From the NCBI GenBank assembly GCA_046582655.1, contig JAYGDX010000346.1, forward strand, positions 1-64,000: a DNA stretch of 64,000 nt, read 5' to 3'. The stretch is from Candidatus Poribacteria bacterium. GTDB taxonomy: Bacteria; Poribacteria; WGA-4E; UBA9662. Below the pieces are notes generated by a model that was not told the origin of the DNA, did no database searches, and was given only the letters and a program-made list of their open reading frames with translations. Below, piece by piece: positions 31,856-43,800 of the stretch (positions within the stretch are counted from its first letter, which is position 1; each line of letters starts with the position of its first letter). Position numbers and translations under genes: made by a program.

Positions 31856-33790
31856 TTGAATATGTCAGTTCGTACGACTGGTATCTCATCGAGAGCTATC
31901 CTTATTGGTCTTATATGCGCTGCGCTAGAGTGTTTGATTGCTCCCTATAATGACTACGTGATCCGGAACGTGTTTTTGGCTGGCGGACATTTCCCCGTGG
32001 GCCCTTTTTTTGTTTTTGCGATTTTAATCCTGATCGGAAATTCCATCCTAAAAAAGATCCACCCATCAGCTGTTTTAACAGCATCGGAATTAGTTACCAT
32101 TTGGTGTATTATGGCAGCAGCGTCTGGCATCCCCTCGACTGGAATGATGCGGCATGCGCTTCGCCCATTGGTAGCGTACCAATATTTCGCTACTCCGGAA
32201 AACGACTGGTTAGCGCTCTTCCACCAATACATTCCAGACTGGCGGGTTGTTCGCGACGTTGATGCGATCAAATCTTTTTATGAAGGGATTTCGGAAGGTG
32301 ATCAGATTCCTTGGGAAGCATGGATCATCCCGCTCGGTGTATGGACAATCTATGTATTGGTATTATACTTTGTAGTGATATGTCTGTCAGCACTTTTGCG
32401 GAAACAATGGGTTGAAATCGAGCGCTGTACTTTTCCCTTAATCCAACTGCCGGTCGAAATGGCGTCCCATCCTTTTGGGTCCCAAAAATCATTTTTCAAA
32501 AACAAAGCCCTGTGGATTGGGTTCAGCATTCCCGTTCTTATCCACACTGTGAACGGACTGCACGCCTTTTTTTCCTATTTTCCACAATTTCCTGTCAGAT
32601 ATTGGCTTGACCCACATCTGATTGGTCGCCCTTGGAGTGCACTGAAACCGTTTCAAATCACACTTTTTTGGTCAATGGTAGGATTCAGTTATTTACTGGC
32701 ACTTGAAGTTTCTTTCAGCCTGTGGTTTTTCTTTCTATTTTATAAGACCCAATGCTTGATTGGGTCGATGCTTGGGTTTCATATCGAAAAGGGCCCGGGG
32801 GTTCAATGGACAGCCTATTCCTTCAGTGCATCTCAAGAGATTGGCGCCTGCGCAACTTTTATCATATACACTTTATGGAAATCCAAACATCACTTCAAAA
32901 ACATACTTCAAAGTTTAATGGGTACAGATCCAAAATCGGATAACGAATCAGCATCCCTCCGGTGGGGAACCTGTGGTTTACTGGGAGGTGTATTGACCCT
33001 CGTTTTGCTTAACCATATAATGGGCATGTCTCTTGGGTTTTCCTTTATATTTGTTTTGGTCCTGTTAGGAATTTATATTGGGTTGACATGGCAGGTAATT
33101 CATGGTGGAATTCCCTTTGTTAACCCGTCGTATTCTGCCCACTATGTACTTTTCACCACTATGGGGTCGAAACGAATCACTCCTTCGACCATGACCTCTC
33201 TCTTTATGCACCCGGTATCTCTCACCCGTGACCTCCGTGAAATTATGATGCCCTATGTAATGAATGGGCTTAAAGCGGCGGATGAAGTCAAAGTTAAACG
33301 GCGAGGAATGTTACTTGGTATGGCGAGTGCTATGGTGATCGGCCTGATTGTATCTTGCTATTCAACCCTAAAGATTAGTTATCAGTACCGGGCACCCTAC
33401 ACGGGTGGGGCCGGTGACATGCGATGGTTGACCTCTGTACTGGTTGGGGTCGACAGCGGAACAGATTGGATCAATACCGGTTTTATGATCTTCGGTAGCC
33501 TATTTATGGTGTTGTTGATGTTGTTACGACGTTTCTTTCTCTGGTGGCCCCTACATCCGATCGGTTACACTATGCTGAGTTCTTGGGCTTCGTTCAAGCT
33601 TTGGTTCTCGATTTTATTGGGTTGGATGATGAAGTACGGTATTGTTAAATATGGCGGGCTGCGCATTTATCGTCAAGCGCGGCCCATCTTTCTTGGGTTG
33701 GTATTGGGTGAAATGATCTGCGCTGGAATTTGGGCTATCATCGGTATGGCTACAGGTGTCAGTACTGGGTATAGGATTCTATTAGACTAA
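31856..33790 (+). CDS. Polytopic membrane protein, DUF6785/DUF6784-like (putative transporter)
   Basis: 644 aa, many TM helices; YFATPEN.W, LRKQW..IER..FPL.QLP, WWPLHPIGY, KYGG...YR...P.FLGLVLGE. Confidence 0.75.
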   Translation: MNMSVRTTGISSRAILIGLICAALECLIAPYNDYVIRNVFLAGGHFPVGPFFVFAILILIGNSILKKIHPSAVLTASELVTIWCIMAAASGIPSTGMMRHALRPLVAYQYFATPENDWLALFHQYIPDWRVVRDVDAIKSFYEGISEGDQIPWEAWIIPLGVWTIYVLVLYFVVICLSALLRKQWVEIERCTFPLIQLPVEMASHPFGSQKSFFKNKALWIGFSIPVLIHTVNGLHAFFSYFPQFPVRYWLDPHLIGRPWSALKPFQITLFWSMVGFSYLLALEVSFSLWFFFLFYKTQCLIGSMLGFHIEKGPGVQWTAYSFSASQEIGACATFIIYTLWKSKHHFKNILQSLMGTDPKSDNESASLRWGTCGLLGGVLTLVLLNHIMGMSLGFSFIFVLVLLGIYIGLTWQVIHGGIPFVNPSYSAHYVLFTTMGSKRITPSTMTSLFMHPVSLTRDLREIMMPYVMNGLKAADEVKVKRRGMLLGMASAMVIGLIVSCYSTLKISYQYRAPYTGGAGDMRWLTSVLVGVDSGTDWINTGFMIFGSLFMVLLMLLRRFFLWWPLHPIGYTMLSSWASFKLWFSILLGWMMKYGIVKYGGLRIYRQARPIFLGLVLGEMICAGIWAIIGMATGVSTGYRILLD

Positions 33791-33850
33791 GTTGAGATAG
33801 GGAACTGTGAAAGTTGTTCCAGAACTGGTCTTCGGATTTCCCTTCTTATC

Positions 33851-35583
33851 TTATTGCGGTACTTCCTCAACCACGGTTATCTGTTGATTGACTGATATGT
33901 TTTCTAATCGTTGTACAGTACCACTTGGCCAATGTATCGTTAGAGACTCAATCTTTTGGTATTGTCCTATACCGAAGGCCAATCGTGGATCATGACTAGA
34001 CAGGTAGCCTGAACTTGACCGTGTTTCCTTTGTTAGGGATAGGTTACCCACTTGTAGTGTCACCTTTGCTCCAAAACCATTTCGGTTGCTTCGTACACCA
34101 ACAACTTTGATTTGTAGCCAGTTATTTGATTTTTCTCGATTAGATGCTTGATTGCGGTATAGCTTGATAGGTTGGTTTAGTTGGGTAACCAATAGATCGA
34201 CGTCCCCATCATTATCATAGTCGGCAAAGATCGATCCGCGACTGATTTCTTCTTCGGTTAAGAACTCTTTTTCTAATTCAGGCGACATCTGGACGAATTT
34301 TCCGCGGCCATCATTTTGAAACAGTTGGTTCCTCTGGCCATAGGTCAGCAGGTCGGACCTCAGATGGATATGTTCAGTTACGTGTCCATTGGCTACAAAT
34401 ATATCCAAATCACTATCATTATCGTAATCGAAAAATCCAGTGCCAAATCCGACGGGAAGGTACGTTAGATCTCCCAGATTAACCTCATAGATTGTGTCCG
34501 TGAAGGTACCGTCTCCATTGTTACGATACAGGTTGTTAGTTTCCTCAGAAAAATTGGTCACAAAAATGTCCATCAAACCGTCTCCGTTGTAGTCTCCAGC
34601 GTCAATGCCCATTCCCGCCTGCGCCAGTCCCTCACTGCTATAGGCACACCCAACCCACGCGGCGATTTCCGAAAAGGTGCCGTCTCCGTTGTTATAAAAA
34701 AGATAGTTTGGTGTGCCGTCGTTGGCAATGTATAGATCGGTGAATCCGTCATTATTAAAATCCGAGGCAATGACGCCCAAGCCTTTGCCTTGAAAAGGAC
34801 CGCCCTGATCATTATTCCAGCGGATTTGGTGACATCCGTGAAGGTACCGTCTCCATTATTCCGGTAAAGTTGATCTGGTGCACCTTCATAATATCTTAAG
34901 TTGCAATAGTCTTGGTAACCGAATTCGATGCATGGTTGATAAGTTTGGTCTAATCGATAATGGACATAGTTAACGACATATAAATCAAGATAGCTATCAA
35001 GATCATAGTCAAAGAAAGTTGCGCTGCTACTCCAAAGTGTGGATCCTATGCCTGATAATTCAGTTATGTCCGTGAAGGTACCATCCCCGTTGTTTTGATA
35101 AAGGTGGTTAGATCCCAAGCTGGTGATATATAGGTCTTGGTCATTGTCATTGTCGTAATCCGCAGCAACAACACCGTGATTGTAACCATCAAGCGTATCC
35201 AAATGTGATTGTTCCGTAACATCTGTAAAAGTGCCGTCCCCGTTGTTTCGATAGAGTGCACTCTTATCTGATGTATTCGCTGCTGTACCGTGGATTGGTC
35301 CACTGTTAACCAGGAACAGGTCAAGATTATCATCGTTATCATAATCGAAGAAGGCACCACCGGCACCCAGCGTTTCAGGAAGATGATACGCTCCATCGGC
35401 ACCATTGGTATGTGTGAAATCGATACCGACTGATTTTGTCATTTCGACAAAGTATGGTGAAATTGGATCAATGCCAATGTGAAAAATTAAAATGGAAAGG
35501 ATGATGCACGTCATAATAATGTATGGGGAAAAGATTAAAATGGTCAGCCAATACGCATCAGGCAAAGCTGGTGAAATTTTCAA
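33851..35583 (-). pseudogene. CRTAC1/ASPIC-UnbV family FG-GAP repeat protein split by one frameshift
   Basis: About six NNGDGTF/DYDND repeats and a C-terminal GYLSSHDPRLAFG...WPSG ASPIC domain. The two ORFs join if one A is added near 34812 (AGI-NDQGGPFQGKGLGV). Could be a sequence error. Confidence 0.8.
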
Positions 35584-35653
35584 TACTATTGTTGGGAGGA
35601 AAGCTGCTGGTAAATTCGGTATTCGGACTCCGCTTTGTGTGTGTGTCCAGATA

Positions 35654-36562
35654 CTATGTTGAAGGTTTGATCCTTTCTCTCACGCCTGGATAACCTTTTC
35701 TTCGTTTGAGCATCCGCTCCATATCCACACGTTGTTCCTCGGTGGCGGTGTCAGTATCATAAAATATCGAGGTATCATATATGAAATCAAATTCTTGATT
35801 CCGTCCATGTCCTGCTTCCAGTGCCCGATCACAAACCTGTTGGTGCAACCATATTTTGGGTAAGGGAAAACCATAAGCTGGCCATTTTTGTGGTCCGACT
35901 TGGCAATATGAGACATCGGTGAAATAGCGTGGACGATCAGCACTACCTGATTTGGCCCGTCGGGCGTGTAGAAGTGCGGAGTGTACAATGACCACTGATC
36001 CAGACGGCAGATCGTCCAGCGTTAGCGATCCCGGGAGATCCTCAGTGTAGAATTTGTTGCTGAATGCGTTCCGGAGCATTACGCTCTGGTGAGATCTTGG
36101 AAGTATCAGCAAGTCACCAATTTCACCATTCAGTCCAGTAGGGTAATAGAAACAGTGAACCATTAGTTGCTCGCGGTCTGTCTGCGGAAACTGCTCGTAA
36201 TCGTGATGCCAGTTTGAAGCCGTAGTTCCCTCCTCATGACGATTGGCATGCTGATGGTGAAAGGCAAAACCATCAGCACCCATCAGTGACCGGATCTTAG
36301 CCACCATCGGCGGGTAGGAAGTCAATGCACCCAAGTCTGGGAACGAAATAATTCTGGCAGTTCCATTGGCATCGCTGTTGCGATCGGCGTATCCACCTGT
36401 CCTCTGTTCTATTAATTGGTCGATGTCACGCGTGATTCGAGCGCAGTACTTTGCTGAGAGAAAGTTTGGGAAGATGAGATATCCCTGATTTTCAAAGAGA
36501 TCGATCTCAACGTTGGAAAGCCCCGTGATTTCCAACGTATCTATTTCCGAAGTCTTCTTCAT
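35654..36562 (-). CDS. PhyH-family Fe(II)/2OG dioxygenase
   Basis: FENQGYL, NWHHDYE, ILPRSH, GSVVIVHSALLHARR...RYF. Confidence 0.82.
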   Translation of the reverse strand: MKKTSEIDTLEITGLSNVEIDLFENQGYLIFPNFLSAKYCARITRDIDQLIEQRTGGYADRNSDANGTARIISFPDLGALTSYPPMVAKIRSLMGADGFAFHHQHANRHEEGTTASNWHHDYEQFPQTDREQLMVHCFYYPTGLNGEIGDLLILPRSHQSVMLRNAFSNKFYTEDLPGSLTLDDLPSGSVVIVHSALLHARRAKSGSADRPRYFTDVSYCQVGPQKWPAYGFPLPKIWLHQQVCDRALEAGHGRNQEFDFIYDTSIFYDTDTATEEQRVDMERMLKRRKGYPGVRERIKPST

Positions 36563-36642
36563 ATCGTTTCTCCCAATCAGTTTCGTATCTAAGTAATATT
36601 GCTTCTTTTCCCATCAATTACACGGTGATTTGTTTACCTCAC

Positions 36643-37407
36643 CTAAATTATTGGCATTACGTTCCCTCCACAAACTGGGATGTATACTCCGGTAATGTAG
36701 CTCGCGAGATCTGAAGCTAAAAAAGCGACAATATTCGCAATTTCCTGGTCTGTACCACGTCGATTCAAGGGAACTTTGGATTCATAATCTTCCTGCCTTT
36801 TCAGACCCGATTGTCGATCCTTGTCGCTAATTGTCCAACCGGGTGCAACCTGATTTACCGTTATTTGATGTTCTCCAACCTCTTTAGCAAGCACACGTAA
36901 AACTCCATCCATACCGCGTTTACCCGATACGTATGCTGATTGACCTTTAAAGGTTTGCATGGCGCATTCCGTGTTGATGCCGATTACACGTCCATAGTTT
37001 GCTTTGATCATTGCAGGTATAAACGCCTTGGCCATTAGTACATTCTGTAGTACACATGACTGAAACTGACTCTCGTAATCCTCAACTTCTTGATTCAGTA
37101 CATTTGTCCAATTGTACTGAATTACCGCGTTATTGACAATGATATGTGGATCTCCAAGAGTTGCGGAGATTTTGTCTTGCATGGTGAATACTTCATCCTG
37201 AATTGTCACGTTGGCTTGAACAAGTGCGGTTCGTCTGCCCATTGCCTCAACTTCCTTGGCGAGTTTACTCGCCTTTTCTTGATTTCGAAAATAGTGAATG
37301 GCAACGTCCGCACCACAACTCGCTAGCGTTCGCACCATTACGCGACCAAGTTCACCACTCGCCCCCGTAACAACAGCCATTTTTCCTAGTAGGTTAATCT
37401 GTAACAT
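36643..37407 (-). CDS. Short-chain dehydrogenase/reductase
   Basis: VTGASGELG, VNNA, YVSGK, VNQVAPG, ASYITG..IPV.GG. Confidence 0.9.
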   Translation of the reverse strand: MLQINLLGKMAVVTGASGELGRVMVRTLASCGADVAIHYFRNQEKASKLAKEVEAMGRRTALVQANVTIQDEVFTMQDKISATLGDPHIIVNNAVIQYNWTNVLNQEVEDYESQFQSCVLQNVLMAKAFIPAMIKANYGRVIGINTECAMQTFKGQSAYVSGKRGMDGVLRVLAKEVGEHQITVNQVAPGWTISDKDRQSGLKRQEDYESKVPLNRRGTDQEIANIVAFLASDLASYITGVYIPVCGGNVMPII

Positions 37408-37431
37408 CTATTCCTTTCCTAAATTTTGAAA

Positions 37432-38016
37432 TTAGTTCTTTAAAACCTCTTTGGTGACTGATGCTTCAATCAGGGATCTGGCATAATCCCATAAAACGGT
37501 AGATCCATCTCTAATAGGCAGACACCTTTTGATTACTTGTGATTTTGAAATATGATTCACTTTCCAAGTATGTCCCTCTGTTTCTACATTCTGAATTAGC
37601 GGCATAAGCCTATCAACTGCGTTAGCAAATTTTGATTCAGGTGTTTCCCTTGCTTCAAACTCTCTCCATAATTGGTGATAAATACGGCGCTGATCTGGTG
37701 GCAAGAGGCTAAAGATTCGATCTGCTGCTTTTTCTTCTCGCTCTGCTTTGGTTTCGTTTTCTGCCGAATCATAACAGTAAGTATCTCCCGCATCAATCTC
37801 CACCAAATCGTGGATCAAAAGCATCCAGATCGTCTTGGGGATATCGACTTCATTGTTGGTATGTTCAGCTAGCGTCATTATCATCAGTGCCAGGTGCCAA
37901 CTATGTTCCGCTGTGTTTTCGAATCGACTGCCGTCACAAATATAGTTCCTCCGAACGATATTTTTGAGTTTGTCAGCTTCCTTGATGAAAGAGATCTGTT
38001 GTTCAAACCGTGTCAT
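37432..38016 (-). CDS. HD-domain hydrolase (YfbR/HDDC2-like)
   Basis: DKLK...R, ENTAEHSWH, IHDLVEIDAGD, EFE..ETPE..FA..VDRL; ATG at 38016. Confidence 0.88.
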   Translation of the reverse strand: MTRFEQQISFIKEADKLKNIVRRNYICDGSRFENTAEHSWHLALMIMTLAEHTNNEVDIPKTIWMLLIHDLVEIDAGDTYCYDSAENETKAEREEKAADRIFSLLPPDQRRIYHQLWREFEARETPESKFANAVDRLMPLIQNVETEGHTWKVNHISKSQVIKRCLPIRDGSTVLWDYARSLIEASVTKEVLKN

Positions 38017-38564
38017 AGCTTTTAATCCCAATAGTTTTATTCTTATTCTTATTATTGTGTTTCCGTAATTCACCTGTCTGAACCGCGCAGTAGTAAGCAC
38101 AGTTAGCTAAACTATCTACTATTTGGGTTACCCATACATTGTGATAGTGTCCATCAGATAGTTTGGATATCCCATCCAGATCGCGATCATAGATGGTCTC
38201 AAGGATCTCACAATCTCCGCTGAACTGAACCATCTATGATTATGTGATTTTATTCACTTGTCATAATTCTCTTCTTAAGAGCGAATTGATCGCCTTTATG
38301 AATTGATTCTAAATGTCTATTATCAATAGAAGTAACTCCTTAGTCAACTAGAAACAAGCGGTGTTTATCGCAATAGTTACAAGTTTAATTCTGATTATCT
38401 TATCCATACTCTCCAGAAAAAATGTAGTAAGGCCTGGCTTATAAATATTGGGAAATCAGGTAGATTGACGTGCGGTCCTATCGATGACCGTCAGGTCGGT
38501 TTACTAATACTATTAATTACCGTAATTTGACTACCTCAAGTTAAAACAGGGGCAGAGAAGGTCA

Positions 38565-39141
38565 CTATGAGAAAGTAATGGTTTTATCCACTTGAAATAT
38601 ATCGTTGGGAGGGGCGTTTCGCCAGATGAGTTGAACTTCGGAGACAGAGAAGGTCAGTGGTTTCCATTCCTGTTGGAACTGACAGAGTAAATAATCTAGC
38701 TCTGATTTCCCTGTTGCTTGACCAACGGAAAGATGGGGTGTAAATCCGTTTTTGAATCGGCGAGTATCGTTGCAGTCGGGGACAGTTTGCCACAATTCGG
38801 TCTGTAGGTCCACAATGGGGTTGGGTCTGCATAAAATCCCCGTCTGACGCGCCAGACGGGGATTTAGGGTCTAACCAAATTGTATATCGCGACCGATGGT
38901 GGGAGAAATATCCGAATGGCTTCAGACAAACCGAGAATGGGGACTGTGTCTGGCAGATAGCAGCTAATTGATCCGCCACTACTTCAAACTCAGATCTGGG
39001 GCGAAAGGGATATATCAAGGTGATATGCGGCATCCATCGACGATAATTAGCGTCATGTTGTCGACGAATCGACTGAATCGACGTCCAGATTTCTTTGGGT
39101 GGAATAATAACAACAGCGGTTTGATAGGTTTTGTGGTGCAT
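38565..39141 (-). pseudogene. 2H phosphoesterase (2'-5' RNA ligase family), frameshifted at a hairpin insertion
   Basis: The first HxT (WMPHITLIYPF) is in ORF 38584-39141 and the second HxS (FTPHLSVGQ) is in ORF 38565-38813. Confidence 0.82.
38834..38865. repeat. Perfect 13-bp-stem inverted repeat
   Basis: AAATCCCCGTCTG-ACGCGC-CAGACGGGGATTT. Confidence 0.9.
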
Positions 39142-39312
39142 TTTTGTCTTTAATACAGTTGATTAAAAGATGAAATTCTAGCAAACACTTTTTAAATTGA
39201 TCGGGATTTTGGATACTATCGTCCTCTGTAAGAGGCCTTGACGTTTTATTTTAGTATTAACAAATATTTAGGTAGTAACCAATGACAAATCTACAATACA
39301 GCAAAACGCTAT

Positions 39313-39685
39313 CTTAAACTAACCTGTTTTTAAGATGTATTATTGGCTCTATTCTGTTGATTTGGTGTCAATCTTAGGTTCAAATACGAGTTCCTTCTCG
39401 ATGAGAATGGGATTCAATATATCCCGCCAGATGGTGTAGTTTTCTTTGTTTATATGCAGATTGTCATTTTTAAATATATCCCTTCTTAACTTCCCCTTTA
39501 GGATCCAGCATGGAGGTCGCTACATCTACATACGTAAGTTGCTTGTTTTCTGCACACTCCTTTGTTATGAGAGCATTCGTTTCTTTCACGAGTGGCCATA
39601 ATTTCCATCTCTTGGGATTGGGTGTGATAGGCAGGAATAGATTCTTGATTCCGATAACTGCTATGCACCCTACTAACAGAAGCAA
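39313..39685 (-). pseudogene. SGNH/GDSL hydrolase C-terminal remnant
   Basis: ITPNPKRW..W..VKETN..I...LTYVDVA..MLD..G, a frameshift, then FKNDNLHIN...Y.IW (DxxH). Confidence 0.7.
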
Positions 39686-39757
39686 GGAATGTCGTCTTTT
39701 GAACTGCCGATGACTACGATAGCATTAGATGGTGGTGGAGTCTCCTCGTCTTCTTTA

Positions 39758-39983
39758 TCAAAAGTTCGGACTTAGAGTATGCGCGCCAACCTTATTTCTA
39801 ATGTAACTTGCTTCAGGATGTATGAGAGTAAAGTAAGTTTCCATGTTAGAAGACTCCCATGAATGCATGGCATGATTGAATGCTTTCTTCAATGAATCGA
39901 GATCAGTACTTTTCCTTTCATGATGTGATGCAGTAATCGTCATAGCAACAACTGTCCATGGATCTGTAAACTACGCTTTTCAT
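39758..39983 (-). pseudogene. Remnant of a small secreted NTF2/SnoaL-like protein
   Basis: AGGAGA RBS, broken signal region, DLDSLKKAF..AMHSWES.NME.YFTLIHPEA, truncated. Confidence 0.35.
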
Positions 39984-40068
39984 GATTAGTGTTTCTCCTA
40001 TTGTATGAGTCAAATGCGAATTCTCACCTTGCAAAGCTGAATCAGCCTATGGTTATTACTAACATTAG

Positions 40069-40473
40069 TCAAACCATATCTGGTGGTGGCTTAGGTTCGT
40101 TATGTCGATTAACCTGACTACCTTCTACATTTGTTCCCAGCATAATTATGTCACAGTGCTGATCTCCGAAGTTTCGGAAAATGTGGTAGTCTCCCGGTGG
40201 TTTGTAGATTGAATCCCCCGACTCAATTAGATACCATTCTCCTTCGATATTGATATGACAACTACCTGAAAGTACAAAGAACCACTCCTCTTCTTTGGTA
40301 TGCATATGGTATTTGGTATTGGTGCCTTTAGGAGGGATACGGGTAATCCGAACTTCAATCTGATTCATTCCGTGCGCCTGCCACAGAGGCTTAAACTCTC
40401 CGTACTGTGATTCTTCATGGGGAAAGAACTTCGGTTGCCAAGGCATCTCTGCTGATTTAATGATGTATTTCAC
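40069..40473 (-). CDS. Cupin-domain protein
   Basis: YHMHTKEEEWFFVLSG...GDSIYKPPGDYH.FRN; GGAGG RBS. Confidence 0.88.
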   Translation of the reverse strand: MKYIIKSAEMPWQPKFFPHEESQYGEFKPLWQAHGMNQIEVRITRIPPKGTNTKYHMHTKEEEWFFVLSGSCHINIEGEWYLIESGDSIYKPPGDYHIFRNFGDQHCDIIMLGTNVEGSQVNRHNEPKPPPDMV

Positions 40474-40803
40474 TATTCAATTCCTCCTATACTAGATAAG
40501 AACTCCGTTAGTAAAAAATAATCCCACTTTAACTAAAGTGGCTGTCTTTGCATTCATGCTTACTTTAAAGTAGCATATCCTGATGCTACAGATCCATAGT
40601 CAATTCTTAGTGCATAATTTTAAGCTAGAGTCATTCTGTACCAAGAGATTTTGCTTGATCGGTGTTTCAAGATATAGTAAATTAGGCTTAGATTCATTTC
40701 AAAAGTGAGGTCATGAGTTTGGAAATATTGAATGTTAACTAACTACCTCAACTTCGAACTCTAACTCAGCGATTGCCAAAAAACAGATCAAAAAAGTACT
40801 GAT

Positions 40804-43800
40804 ATGAAAAAACTGCGTATTGCCCTTTGTGCTTTGTTGACAGTAACGAACTTGTTGTACCTCAGTGGAAAAGAGGTATTGGCCTTGACCGTTTCGGTAG
40901 ATGAAAGTGAGTCAGTGCAATTCAATCGTCATATCCGCCCGATTCTGTCAGAAAATTGTTTTGCCTGTCATGGACCTGACAAGGCCAAGCGGAAATCTGG
41001 ATTGCGGCTGGATGTGCATAGTGGAGCAACTCGGGATTTGGGTGGATATGCGGCTATTGTTCCGGGGGATTCAGAGGCAAGCGCATTGATATACCGGTTA
41101 ACGACTGATCAGGAAAACGAGCGAATGCCACCGGTAGGAAAGGAGAAACCATTAAGTCCTCAACAGGTTGAACTTCTGCGGCGATGGATAGATCAGGGTG
41201 CGCATTATGCTGTGCATTGGTCATATGTTAAACCGGACCGCCCATCTTTACCTGCAGTCCAGAATGCGGATTGGGTTCGCAACCCCATAGATTATTTTGT
41301 CTTGGCACGCCTTGAACAAGAAGGAATGGTTCCATCGTCAGAAGCCGACCGCTGGGCATTGGCGCGACGCGTGGCAATTGACTTGACAGGGTTACCCCCG
41401 ACGGTCGAGGAGGCAATTCGGTTTGTGCACGATACCGAAAAGGAAGCCTATCAGCGATACGTGGATTTGCAACTTGAAAAAAAGACATTTGGTGAACGTT
41501 GGGCGCAAGTGTGGTTAGATCTCGCACGTTACGCGGATTCAGCAGGTTACGCCGACGATCCGCCCAGAACAATCTGGGCTTATCGAGATTATGTCATTCG
41601 TTCGCTGAACAGCAACAAACCATTTGACCAGTTCACCATTGAGCAAATTGCTGGAGATCTCCTCGATAATCCGACAGAAGAACAACTGGTTGGCACCGCT
41701 TTTCATCGTAATACCCAGACTAACAATGAGGGAGGAACAAACGATGAGGAATTCCGAAATGAAGCCGTTGTCGATCGGGTCAATACCACCATGGCGGTCT
41801 GGATGGGGACTACCATGGCTTGTGCGCAATGCCACTCACACAAATATGATCCTATCTCACAGGAAGAATATTTCAAATTCTCCGCTTTTTTCAACAATAC
41901 TCAGGATAGTGACAAGAAGGACGAGCACCCGATTCTTGAGATTTTTACTGAGGAACAAAAACGTGAACGTGCCAGATGGATAGCGGAAATTGATCAATTA
42001 GAGGCAGTTTTGGACACACCGACCAAAGCGTTAGCAAAATCCCAACGTCAGTGGGAGAAACTCTTGCAAGAGCAGCCAAAGTGGCACACCATGAAGCCGA
42101 TGGACGCTATGTCGAGTCGAATTCGATTGGACATCAAGCCAGATGATTCGATTGTGGCTGAGGGTGATCTTCCAGAGCAAGATACCTATACCATTACGCT
42201 AGAACCTACCATCGAAAAGATCACTGCATTGCGACTGGAGGTATCACCACAGTCACAGAACTTTGTGTTGTCACAGGTGCAATCGATTTGGCAACCCGAC
42301 ATAGAGAAACCAGTCGAGGCAAAGTACGTTCGGATCGAATTACCTGGTAAAGGAAAGATTCTATCATTAGCGGAAGTGCAGGTCTTCCAGAATGACGTTA
42401 ACGTGGCATTAAAAGGGAAAGCGGTTCAGAGTTCAACGGATTACGAAGGTGTACCCGAACGAGCCATAGATGGAAATACTGATGGTGACTATGGGGAGGC
42501 GGAATCTACCACGCACACTCGGCAGTCTAAAGATCCATGGTGGGAGTTGGATCTAGGTGAGATGAGGCCCGTTCGCTCGTTGGCCATCTGGAATCGTACC
42601 GATGGGGAACAAGGAATAGCCAACCGTTTAGCTGGTTTCCGCCTGCTTTTGTTGGATCAGAACAGGGATACGGTCTGGCAGCAAACCCCGTCACAGGTAC
42701 CAGCTCCGAACGCGGTTTATTTGTCTAATGGTCAAGTACAATTGCAATTTACCTCTGCCTTTGCTGATTATGCTCAGGAGGGATTTCCATCAGCGTCAGT
42801 ATTGGCCGGCGTACCAAATCCAAAAACGGGTTGGGCAGTTGGAGGACAGTTGAATCAGCCTCACCAACTCACGCTGGTGTTGTTGAGGTCGGTGAAGACC
42901 GGTCAAGGAAAAATTCTGTTAAGACTGCTCCAGAAATCACAGCATAAGCACTTGCTGATCAAAAACTTTAGATTGCTAGGTACAGGTGCCGAGTCAGTGA
43001 CGGAATTTATACGGATGCCCGACGCAATTCGGAAAATAGTCGGTTTGTCAGATCAAGTACGAACTGACGCTCAGAAGAAACAGTTAGCGGGTTATTACCG
43101 AACCATCGCGCCGGAATTAAAAACACAACAGAACCGGTTGGCAGTATTAGAGCATCAAGTCAAGGAGCTGGCCCCCTATACGACTGTGCCAATCATGCGT
43201 GAGTTAGTTGACGAAAAACGTCGCGAAACCCGAATCCAGTTTCGGGGGAATTTCTTAAACACGGGTGCTCATGTGACTGAAGGGGTGCCCGCGGTATTCC
43301 ATTTATTAGCGGAAGGTGTACCCGTTAGTAGACTTGGATTGGCAAAGTGGTTGGTAAGCAGAGAGAATCCACTAACGGCGAGGGTGATTGTCAACCGGCA
43401 TTGGGAACAGTTGTTCGGTTTTGGAATAATAAGCACCAGTGAAGAGTTTGGTGTGCAAGGGGAACTACCAACGCATCCGGAACTGATGGATTGGCTGGCA
43501 GTCGAACTGATGGATAATAGGTGGGATATCAAACATTTGATTAAGCTAATTGTGACATCGGCTACTTATAGGCAGGCTTCCAAGATCACTCCGGAAGCAC
43601 TGGAACATGATCCGGATAACCACCTGTTTGCCAGAGGACCACGTTTTCGTCTATCAGCGGAGATGGTTCGTGATCAAGCACTGTTCGTTAGTGGTTTGCT
43701 CAGTCAAAAGATGTATGGTCCACCGGTAAAACCTCCGCAACCAAAATTGGGGATAAACGCCGCCTTTGGCAGTGGTATCGACTGGGAAGCCAGCGCAGGC

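Noticed and set aside
33851..35583. Repeated GTGAAGGTACCGTCTCC segments as a DNA repeat family, and the frameshift as programmed
   Set aside because: They encode ordinary FG-GAP NNGDGTF repeats. The break has no slippery heptamer and is explained by one missing A.
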